Shown here in pieces: positions 8,112 to 15,605 of a DNA stretch of 39,209 nt. The position numbers and the translations under genes were made by a program. The notes below the pieces were generated by a model. It was not told the DNA's origin, made no database searches, and saw only the letters and a list, made by a program, of their open reading frames with translations. The stretch's first letter is position 1. The number at the start of each line of letters is the position of its first letter. Origin of the DNA: Anaerolineales bacterium (GTDB taxonomy: Bacteria; Chloroflexota; Anaerolineae; Anaerolineales; E44-bin32); the NCBI GenBank assembly GCA_035288185.1, contig DATEAV010000110.1, forward strand, positions 1 through 39,209. Reading direction: 5' to 3'.

Positions 8112-8135
8112 GGCGAGTTCCAAGACTTAGAATCC

Positions 8136-8768
8136 ATGCTCAGGATCGTCAGCCTCTTCCTTGTTTTCACAGTAGCCCTCGCCGGCTGCACTCTCTTCGA
8201 GCTTCCCGCCGCGCCGGGCGAATTGCTCTTTCAGGACGATTTCTCGCGCCTTTCGAGCGGCTGGGACCGCGACCGCGATCAAGCCTATCGCTCGGACTAC
8301 GTCGACGGTTTCTACCGGATCGAGATCCTCCAGGCGGAGACGACCGCCTGGACCAATCCGGGGCTTATGTTTGGCGACGTGCGGATCGAGGTGGACGCCG
8401 GCAAGTCCGCCGGGCCCGACGACAACGCCTACGGTGTCATCTGCCGCTATCAAGACCCGGACAACTACTACTTCTTCCTGATCTCCAGCGACGGATTCGC
8501 CGGAATAGGCGTCCGCCGCCAGGGAGCCGCCGTCCTCCTGACGGGAGAGGCCATGCTGCCCAGCGAGCCCGTCGTCCTTGGAGCCGGGCCGAACCACCTT
8601 CGGGCCGACTGTGTGGCCAGCCGTCTCTCCCTCTTTGTGAACGGCATCGCAGCATCAGAAGCCGAGGCCTTCGATTGGACGCAGGGCGATGTCGGGCTCA
8701 TCGCCGGGTCGTACGCCGAGGGCGGCGTGGTGATCGATTTCGACAACTTCTCGGTCGTCCACCCCTGA
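8136..8768 (+). CDS. Lipoprotein, possibly with a concanavalin/LamG-like beta-sandwich fold
   Basis: Signal peptide with lipobox (VALAG-C). The mature part looks beta-rich (YGVICRYQDPDNYYFFLISSDG...). The fold assignment is a guess. Confidence 0.7.
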   Translation: MLRIVSLFLVFTVALAGCTLFELPAAPGELLFQDDFSRLSSGWDRDRDQAYRSDYVDGFYRIEILQAETTAWTNPGLMFGDVRIEVDAGKSAGPDDNAYGVICRYQDPDNYYFFLISSDGFAGIGVRRQGAAVLLTGEAMLPSEPVVLGAGPNHLRADCVASRLSLFVNGIAASEAEAFDWTQGDVGLIAGSYAEGGVVIDFDNFSVVHP

Positions 8769-8882
8769 AACCGTTGCGGCCGCGGCTGTGGGGCCGAGGA
8801 GCAGGCGTGAGCGTGCAAGGCGACGGCGGGCGAAGGGCCTTGCGCCGAACGTTTGACCGATCGGGATCGACGCCTCCTCGCG

Positions 8883-8888
8883 TATAAT
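8883..8888 (+). promoter_or_regulatory. Perfect -10 hexamer TATAAT, 6 nt upstream of the yqeY ATG (leaderless arrangement)
   Basis: cgTATAATggtgacATG. No SD fits in the 6-nt gap, and no well-spaced -35 was found. Confidence 0.35.
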
Positions 8889-8894
8889 GGTGAC

Positions 8895-9344
8895 ATGCCC
8901 ACGAAGCCGGAATTGGAGGCACAGCTCAAGGAGGCGATTCGCTCGGGAGATTCGGTGCGCAAGCGCACCTTGCGCATGATTCTGTCGGCCGCCAAGCTGG
9001 TCGAGGTCGAGCGTCGAGGGCCTCTAGACGAGCCGGCGCTTCTGGCAGTGCTGCAGAAGGAAGCCCGGATGCGTCAGGAGTCGATTGCCGATGCCGAGCG
9101 CGCCGGGCGCGCAGACCTGGTCGAGGACTACCGCGCCGAGCTTGGGCTGATCGAGAGCCTCCTGCCCCGGGCCCTCCCCTCCGATGAACTGGAGGCCCTG
9201 GCGAAGAAGGCCATCGCCGATGTGGGCGCTTCGGCCCCCGGCGACATGGGGCGGGTGATGAAAGCGCTGATGCCCCAGGTGCAGGGCCGCGCCGACGGCA
9301 AGGCCGTCAGCGAGCTCGTTCGCAGCCTGCTCTCCCAAGCATAA
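8895..9344 (+). CDS. yqeY: GatB/YqeY-domain protein
   Basis: MPTKPELEAQLKEAIRSGD..RKRTLRMILSA... matches the YqeY family pattern over its full length (about 149 aa). The upstream TTG at 8853 is rejected. Confidence 0.85.
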   Translation: MPTKPELEAQLKEAIRSGDSVRKRTLRMILSAAKLVEVERRGPLDEPALLAVLQKEARMRQESIADAERAGRADLVEDYRAELGLIESLLPRALPSDELEALAKKAIADVGASAPGDMGRVMKALMPQVQGRADGKAVSELVRSLLSQA

Positions 9345-9349
9345 TCCGA

Positions 9350-11479
9350 ATGGACGACACTCCCGGCCTGCGCGCCTCCGCGGGTCAACGCCTCAAAGCC
9401 TCCTGGCATTCGGCCAGATTGTGGTTCATCTTCATCGCCGGTCTGGCGGCGATCGTGGCCGTGCTCTCGCTGCCTCAAACGCCCGGCCAGGCGAGCGTGG
9501 GGCTGAGCGTGGGCGATGTGGCCGAGCAAGATGTTCTGGCCCCCTCGGCGATGGCCTACACAAGCAGCGTCCTCACCCTCGACGCCCGGCAAACCGCCGC
9601 CTCCGAGGTCGCCGACGTTTATGATCCGCCCGACAGTCGAATCGCCCGGCAGCAGTATGAGCGGCTGCGGGCGGCGCTCGACTTCATCGACGCGGTGAGG
9701 GCCGATCGCTACGCGACGCCGGAGCAGAAGCTGGCCGATCTGGCCTCGCTCATCGACCTCCCCCTCGACGCACCGACCGCTCAGGCCATTCTCGATCTTC
9801 CCCAAGCGCGCTGGGAAACGGCGAGGCTGGAGGCGATCTCCGTGCTCGAGGAGGTGATGAGGGCCGAGATCCGCGACGACCGGCTGGAAGAGGTCGGGCG
9901 GTCGATCCCGGCCTTGGTGAGCATCGCGGTCCCCGAGGCCCAGGCGGAGTTGGTCGTCCGGCTGGCGCGGGCTTTCGTAGCCCCGAACGCCCGCTACAAC
10001 CCGGAAGCCACCGAGGCCGCCCGGGGGGCGGCGGAGGCAGGCGTCGCGCCAGTGACCCAATCGTACGCCGAAGGCGAGACCATCGTCGCCCGCGGCCAGG
10101 TGGTCACTCCATTGCAGATCGAGGCCCTTCGAGCGTATGGCCTGCTCAGTTCACCCGACCCGTGGCAGGCAATTGCCGTCCGGGCGCTGCTGGTCACACT
10201 CCTGGGATGCACCTTCGCTCTCTACACCTACAACGCGCATCCGCAGCAGGTGCGCAGCACACGCATGGCGTTTGCGGTCACCGCCCTTTTCGTCCTCACC
10301 GCGTTCGGTATGCAGCTCATGATCCGCGAGCGGGCTGTGATGCCCTATCTCTTCCCCGCCGCCACGCTCCCGATGCTTTTGGGGATCCTCTTCGGGCCGG
10401 GGATGGGGATCACCACGGCGATGCTGTTGGGAGTGCTTACGGGATTCCTGGCGCCGCGCGGGCTGGAGGTGGGGGTCTACGCGGCACTGAGCGGAGCTAT
10501 GGGCGCGCTGGTGTTGGGGCGTGCCGACCGGCTTTCCTCGTTCTTCTGGGGCGGCCTGGCGGCGGCACTGGCCTCCGTCGCCGTGGTGATCGTGTTCCGA
10601 TTCCCGGATCCGGTCATGGACCTGATCGGCAAAGCCACGCTCCTGGGAGCAGCCTTGATCAGCGGCGGGCTTTCTGCGAGCCTGGCCTTCGGGCTTCTTC
10701 TCCTCGTGGGGAGCCTGTTGGGTATCGCCACCAACCTGCAGCTCATTGAGCTCTCCCGTCCCGACCATCCGCTCCTGCAGCTCATCCTGCGCGAGGCGCC
10801 GGGCACCTACCAGCACAGCCTGCAGGTGGCTAACATGGCAGAGCAGGCCGCCCGGGCGATCGGGGCCAACAGCCTGCTCACCCGCGTCGGCGCGCTGTAC
10901 CACGACGCCGGAAAGGCTCTCCGCCCTCACTTCTTCATCGAGAATCAGGTGCCCGGGCAGAATATCCATGAACAGCTCGACCCGGTGACAAGTGCCGGCG
11001 TGATCCTGGCCCACGTCAAGGACGGGCTGGAGCTGGGCCGCAAATACCGCCTGCCGCCGGCAGTCCAGGCGTTCATCCCCGAACACCATGGAAAGCTCGA
11101 AGCGACATATCAATATCAGGCGGCGGTGGAATCCGCCACCGGCAACGGTGGCTCGGTGAATCTTCAGGACTTCACTTATCCCGGTCCCCGCCCGCGGTCG
11201 CGCGAGACTGCCGTCCTGATGCTTTCCGACGGCGTGGAAGCCAAGGCCCGGGCAGAGAATCCGAGCACCGACGAGGAGATCGAGAAACTGGTGCGCTGGG
11301 TGATCGAAGACCGCCTCACCAAAGGCCAGCTCGATCGGACGGATCTGACGCTGAAAGATATCGACACCATCCGCCGTTCGCTCGTCAACACCCTGCGCGG
11401 GATCTATCACCCGCGCCTGCGCTATCCTCACTCGGCCGAGACGGGAGTCGAAGCCCCCTCCTCGACCGGGAAGCCGTGA
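9350..11479 (+). CDS. pgpH: 7TM-receptor / HD-domain phosphohydrolase (PgpH/YqfF family, cyclic-di-AMP phosphodiesterase type)
   Basis: N-terminal extracellular region, seven-helix membrane block, and a C-terminal HD domain (ALYHDAGK). The conserved yqfF-ybeY-dgkA gene order supports the call. Confidence 0.85.
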   Translation: MDDTPGLRASAGQRLKASWHSARLWFIFIAGLAAIVAVLSLPQTPGQASVGLSVGDVAEQDVLAPSAMAYTSSVLTLDARQTAASEVADVYDPPDSRIARQQYERLRAALDFIDAVRADRYATPEQKLADLASLIDLPLDAPTAQAILDLPQARWETARLEAISVLEEVMRAEIRDDRLEEVGRSIPALVSIAVPEAQAELVVRLARAFVAPNARYNPEATEAARGAAEAGVAPVTQSYAEGETIVARGQVVTPLQIEALRAYGLLSSPDPWQAIAVRALLVTLLGCTFALYTYNAHPQQVRSTRMAFAVTALFVLTAFGMQLMIRERAVMPYLFPAATLPMLLGILFGPGMGITTAMLLGVLTGFLAPRGLEVGVYAALSGAMGALVLGRADRLSSFFWGGLAAALASVAVVIVFRFPDPVMDLIGKATLLGAALISGGLSASLAFGLLLLVGSLLGIATNLQLIELSRPDHPLLQLILREAPGTYQHSLQVANMAEQAARAIGANSLLTRVGALYHDAGKALRPHFFIENQVPGQNIHEQLDPVTSAGVILAHVKDGLELGRKYRLPPAVQAFIPEHHGKLEATYQYQAAVESATGNGGSVNLQDFTYPGPRPRSRETAVLMLSDGVEAKARAENPSTDEEIEKLVRWVIEDRLTKGQLDRTDLTLKDIDTIRRSLVNTLRGIYHPRLRYPHSAETGVEAPSSTGKP

Positions 11480-11934
11480 GTCACGACGTTCGGGTGCGCT
11501 GCGACCGCGGCACGGGCCATGCTCGCCGCGGCGTGCTGCAGGCGGCGCGGGCGACCCTGCGGCACGAGGGCGCTCCCGAGGGCGATCTCACGCTGGCGCT
11601 CACCAACGCAGCCCGGATCCAGGAGCTCAACCGGCGGTTTGCCGGCGAGGGCCGGCCGACCGATGTGCTCTCCTTCTCGGACGGCTCACACGACGCCGAG
11701 AGCGGGCGTCTGTACTTCGGCGACGTTGTGATCGCAGTTCCGCTGGCCGAAGCCCAGGCGAAGGACGCCGGTCACAGCCTTCGCGAGGAAATGGCTCTGC
11801 TCGCCGTGCACGGCGTCTTGCACCTCCTGGGACACGACCATGCTCGCCCTGGGGAGCGGGCGCGGATGGAAGCGGCCCAGAAGGCGATCCTCGGTGGGCT
11901 CCGTCGCCCCTCGCACACAAAGGGAAATGGATGA
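11476..11934 (+). CDS. ybeY: rRNA maturation endoribonuclease YbeY
   Basis: HGVLHLLGHDH zinc motif. GTG start overlaps the pgpH TGA (GTGA). Confidence 0.9.
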   Translation: MSHDVRVRCDRGTGHARRGVLQAARATLRHEGAPEGDLTLALTNAARIQELNRRFAGEGRPTDVLSFSDGSHDAESGRLYFGDVVIAVPLAEAQAKDAGHSLREEMALLAVHGVLHLLGHDHARPGERARMEAAQKAILGGLRRPSHTKGNG

Positions 11935-12314
11935 AGGGTCCTCTGCGGGCGCGGTCGCGAATTGCCGCGTTTCGATACGCGTTCTCCGGCTGGTGGTATG
12001 TGCTGCGAAGCCAGCGAAATGCGTGGATCCACGCGCTGGCGACTTTCCTCGTGGTGGCGGCAGGCGTGTGGCTGCGGGTCGACCGGCTCTCCTGGGCGCT
12101 TCTTCTGGGTGCGATCGGGCTTGTGTGGCTGGCTGAATTCCTCAACACCGCCCTCGAAGCCGTTGTGGATCTGGCGAGCCCGGAGCACCATCCGCTGGCG
12201 CGGGTGGGCAAAGACGTCGGGGCCGCGGCCGTCTTGATTGCTGCGCTCACGTCGGCGGCGATCGGTCTGCTCGTCCTCGGTCCGCCGCTCTACGCGCGGC
12301 TCGCGGTCCGCTGA
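11931..12314 (+). CDS. dgkA: Diacylglycerol / undecaprenol kinase
   Basis: Three-transmembrane DgkA pattern (...EFLNTALEAVVDL...GKDVGAAAVL...). ATGA overlap with the ybeY stop. Confidence 0.85.
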   Translation: MKGPLRARSRIAAFRYAFSGWWYVLRSQRNAWIHALATFLVVAAGVWLRVDRLSWALLLGAIGLVWLAEFLNTALEAVVDLASPEHHPLARVGKDVGAAAVLIAALTSAAIGLLVLGPPLYARLAVR

Positions 12315-12701
12315 GAGGGTGCACGACTCTCGGGCAGATCCGAACGTCGGGCGAAGCCGGGTTGAAGGAATCCTGGTTCCGTTGCTGGTCCTCATGCGCT
12401 CGGTCCGGGCTTCTCCTTCCGGCCCCTGGCCACCTGGGCTGTTAATCACCCCCCCCCACACCAGTTGACCCTCGGGACCTGCCCCTGCACCTTGAGCGCA
12501 GACCTTCACGCCACGCGGGCCGCGGGACCTCCGGCAGGGACACAATGCCCTGGAACCGGAGGCCCGGCGCAAGGACGGTTGGGCAGGACGACAGGCATCC
12601 CGTTGTTGTGCTCGCGGTTCAGGCCTAATTGGGTCCGATAGCCCCGTTTCGGGGCCGATCGAGGGCTGGATAGGCTTGTCGGGCCTCAATCCGAAGGGCC
12701 G

Positions 12702-12730
12702 TTGCACAGCACCCGCTTCTGTGCCATAAT
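12702..12730 (+). promoter_or_regulatory. Sigma-70-type promoter with extended -10 for the histidine kinase gene
   Basis: TTGCAC (12702-12707), a 17-nt spacer whose last bases are TGc, then CATAAT (12725-12730). AGGAG SD and the ATG at 12768 follow. Confidence 0.5.
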
Positions 12731-12767
12731 CCCGCGGAAGCCGAATTCGCCCCAGGAGTGCGATCGG

Positions 12768-15341
12768 ATGAAACAGGACGAGTTGGCGGCGCGGGGCAAC
12801 CTGTTCCGCGCGGCGACTGCCTCTTTTGATTTCTTCAATCCGGCCCAGGCGCTGAGCAGCCTGCTGAAGCTGGCGACCGAGCTCAGCGGGTCGGATCGGG
12901 CGGCCCTCTACGAGCTCGACGAGGCGGCCGGCTCGTTCGCCCCGCGCTTCTCGCAGTCGATTGCTCTCTCCGAGCTCGGCCGAATCCCGGCCACGCCCGA
13001 GCACCCCACCCTGCGCTCCGTGCTCACCAACCGTAAGGCGGCTGTCACCGGTGACGGGCGCGGCTCGCTGGGCCTGCCTCTGGCCCCGGGGGCTATCGCT
13101 TGCGCGCCGTGCATCACCGGCGGCCAGACGCTTGGTCTTCTCTTTGTCGCTGCGGCCGAGGCCGAACGCTTCGATCTGGAGGCCTTGTCCGCGTTGGAAG
13201 TGCTCGCCACCCGCGCGGCAGAGATCTTCACCTTCGCTCGCCAGACCGCCAGCCAGAGCTACCTATTCCACAAGCTCTCCCTGCTCTACCAGGCCAGCCA
13301 CGCGATCACCAGCACGCGGGAGCGGCAGGAGACCATCCGCCAGACCGCCGCCCACCTTCTCCGGGCCACCTCGGCCGATATTTGCGAGGTGCTGGTGTTC
13401 GAGGAAGGGAACACGCAGACTCTGCGCTTCCGCCAGCAGCTCGGCAAGGCGGCCCAGGCGACGATTGTCTCTCTGGTCACCGACTCGATGCCGGATTATC
13501 CCATTCACAAGCAAGTGACCGGCGACCTTAAGCCGGCGACCCTCAGCCAGGTGCCTCCGCAGGGCTCCGCCAAGGACCTGGCCATGCTCCAGGCCGAGGG
13601 CATCTCGGCCGCAGCGGTCTTCCCTCTGGCTTCGGGCAATCAGGCTCTCGGTCTGGTGCGGATCCTCTACACTCAGCCCGGACGACAGATCAGTGAGCAG
13701 GAGCTGGAGCTGGCCCAGGCGATTATCAACATCGGCGCCGTAGGCCTTCAGGACGCGATCCATCTGGAGACGGCCGAGAACCGCGCCAATCACCTTCAGG
13801 TGCTCGCCGAGATCGGCCGTGAGATGACCTCCACCCTCGACCTGGAGACCGCGCTGGAAAACGCCATGCGCCACGCGCAGCGCCTCCTGAATGCCGAGGC
13901 GTGCGTTCTCTTCTTGCTGGATGAGCTCGGACAGAAGCTCGTCCTCAAGGCAACCGGCGGGGCCCACGTTCGCATCCGCGACGTGGCGATCGGCCTGGAG
14001 GAGGGCATCGCCGGATGGGTGACCCGCAACCGCCGGCCGCTGATCGTCAATGACGTCCGCACCAATCCCCTGTATCACCAGGCCATTGACGGCCAGACCG
14101 GCCTCCTGACAACCTCCGTCGTGTGTGTCCCGCTGGAGACCCGCGGCCAGACCCTCGGCGTGATCGAGGGTATCAACCACCCACGCGGCGCCTTCACCCT
14201 GAGCGACCAGCAGCTCCTGATGTCGGTGGCCGCCTGGGCGGGGATCGCTCTCGATAACGCCAACCTCTTCCAGCGCGTGGCCGAAGAACGCAGCCGCCTC
14301 GAGGCCACGCTGGTGGAGACGGCCGATGCCGTCGTGCTCACCGATCGGAGCGGGACGGTGATCCTGGTGAACAAGGCCGCCTCGCAGATCTTCCGCATCA
14401 ACGCCGATAAGGCGATGGGCCGGCCGGCCAACGAGATCTTCACCGGCCACCCACTGGGCGAGCTCCTGATGAGCGCCGATGCGGGCCTGCCGACGAGCCT
14501 GGAGGTGACCTCGCCCACCGAGCGCGTCCTCTACGCCACGGTGAGCGAAGTGACCGACGTGGGGCGGGTGGCGGTGATGCAGGACATCACCGCCCTCAAG
14601 CAGATCGATCGCATGCGATCGCAGCTTCTCGGCACCGCGGCCCACGACCTGAAGAACCCGCTCAACGCCATTCGCCTGGGCGCCGACTTGCTCAATGACG
14701 CCCCGCTCACCGAGCTTCAGCGCAAAGCCCTCAACATGATGCAGCGGGCCACCGAAAGCATGACCAACCTGATCACGTCGCTGCTCGAGACGATCCGCGT
14801 GGAATCCACCTCCATCTTCACCTTTGAGCCGTGTCAGGTGACCGATCTGATCCGCCGGTCGATCGAGGATCTGCGGCCGCTCGCCGACGCCCGCAAGCAC
14901 ACCATCGACTTCGAGCCGCCGCCGGAGCCCATCCTCATCATGGGTGACCCGAGCCGCCTCAACTCGGTGATGACCAACCTCCTCAGCAACGCCATCAAGT
15001 TCACCGACCCCGGCGGCCGTATCCGGATCGGAGTGCAGTGGGACGACGAGAACGCGCAGGTGGACGTCACCGACAACGGGCCGGGAATTCCCGAAGACGA
15101 GATTGACCGCGTCTTCGAGCACCTCTTCCGTGGGCGCGCCTCGGTGCGGGACCCCAACAATCCAGTGGAAGGCACCGGCCTGGGCCTGGCCCTGGCCAAG
15201 ACGGTGATCGAGCAGCACGGCGGGAAGATCTGGGTGACCAGCCAGGAGGAGCAAGGGGCGACCTTCTCCTTCTCGCTCCCGCGCGAGCCGACCCCCAAGA
15301 CCGGCTCACTGCGGCGGGAGACGACCGAAGCCAAGGCGTGA
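12768..15341 (+). CDS. Sensor histidine kinase with multiple GAF domains and a PAS domain (no adjacent response regulator)
   Basis: GAF-like repeats, a PAS region, a HisKA H-box (LGTAAHDLKNPLN) and HATPase_c N/G boxes (LLSNAIKFT, DNGPGI, GTGLGLA). Start taken at the ATG at 12768, which has an SD. Confidence 0.85.
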   Translation: MKQDELAARGNLFRAATASFDFFNPAQALSSLLKLATELSGSDRAALYELDEAAGSFAPRFSQSIALSELGRIPATPEHPTLRSVLTNRKAAVTGDGRGSLGLPLAPGAIACAPCITGGQTLGLLFVAAAEAERFDLEALSALEVLATRAAEIFTFARQTASQSYLFHKLSLLYQASHAITSTRERQETIRQTAAHLLRATSADICEVLVFEEGNTQTLRFRQQLGKAAQATIVSLVTDSMPDYPIHKQVTGDLKPATLSQVPPQGSAKDLAMLQAEGISAAAVFPLASGNQALGLVRILYTQPGRQISEQELELAQAIINIGAVGLQDAIHLETAENRANHLQVLAEIGREMTSTLDLETALENAMRHAQRLLNAEACVLFLLDELGQKLVLKATGGAHVRIRDVAIGLEEGIAGWVTRNRRPLIVNDVRTNPLYHQAIDGQTGLLTTSVVCVPLETRGQTLGVIEGINHPRGAFTLSDQQLLMSVAAWAGIALDNANLFQRVAEERSRLEATLVETADAVVLTDRSGTVILVNKAASQIFRINADKAMGRPANEIFTGHPLGELLMSADAGLPTSLEVTSPTERVLYATVSEVTDVGRVAVMQDITALKQIDRMRSQLLGTAAHDLKNPLNAIRLGADLLNDAPLTELQRKALNMMQRATESMTNLITSLLETIRVESTSIFTFEPCQVTDLIRRSIEDLRPLADARKHTIDFEPPPEPILIMGDPSRLNSVMTNLLSNAIKFTDPGGRIRIGVQWDDENAQVDVTDNGPGIPEDEIDRVFEHLFRGRASVRDPNNPVEGTGLGLALAKTVIEQHGGKIWVTSQEEQGATFSFSLPREPTPKTGSLRRETTEAKA

Positions 15342-15392
15342 AGTTCAGGCCGAGGAAGGGCAAAGCTCGTCTGCCCCATCAAGGGTTGCGCC

Positions 15393-15440
15393 GTAGGGGC
15401 GGGTCTCGCCGGGAAGATCACCCGGCACCTTCGGAGACCC
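15393..15440 (+). repeat. GTAGGGG-headed hairpin element, copy 2
   Basis: GTAGGGGCGGGTCTC...AAGATCACC...ACCTTCGGAGACCC aligns with copy 1. The stem GGGTCTC/GAGACCC replaces GGCTCGC/GCGAGCC. An inner hairpin GCCGGG/CCCGGC is present. Lies 52 nt past the kinase stop. Confidence 0.55.
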
Positions 15441-15579
15441 GCTCTTGTGGTTGTGTGGGGCACCCCCGGAGCCTTTGCTGCTGGCGTGACGAAGGAGCCC
15501 TCGTCGTGCGAAGCCGGGCCTCTGCGCGGCGCCCAGCTCCGGGTGTGCTCGGTGAAGAGACTGGGGTTCTTGATCAGCT

Positions 15580-15585
15580 TATAAT
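15580..15585 (+). promoter_or_regulatory. Perfect -10 hexamer TATAAT upstream of the hydrolase::FadD fusion gene
   Basis: TATAAT at 15580-15585, then the AAGGGAGGAG SD and the ATG at 15606. No good -35. Confidence 0.35.
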
Positions 15586-15605
15586 CCCCGCGCCAAGGGA
15601 GGAGT

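Noticed and set aside
8853-8858. TTGACC as the -35 partner for the TATAAT at 8883
   Set aside because: A 24-nt spacer is far outside the 16-19 nt range.
7513-8887. Several 77-430-aa ORFs on both strands covering the 7620-8135 spacer
   Set aside because: All are Arg/Ala/Gly/Pro/Cys-rich and their periodicity simply follows the DNA repeats (for example CGAGGCGAGGCGG). The 430-aa frame also runs out of frame through the real lipoprotein gene. I treat the region as non-coding repeats.
13263-15254. 663-aa ORF antisense to the histidine kinase gene
   Set aside because: It lies entirely opposite a CDS with clear GAF, PAS, HisKA and HATPase motifs. Its translation is Gly/Arg/His/Leu-rich with no recognisable domain. 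Long antisense open frames are expected in GC-rich coding DNA.
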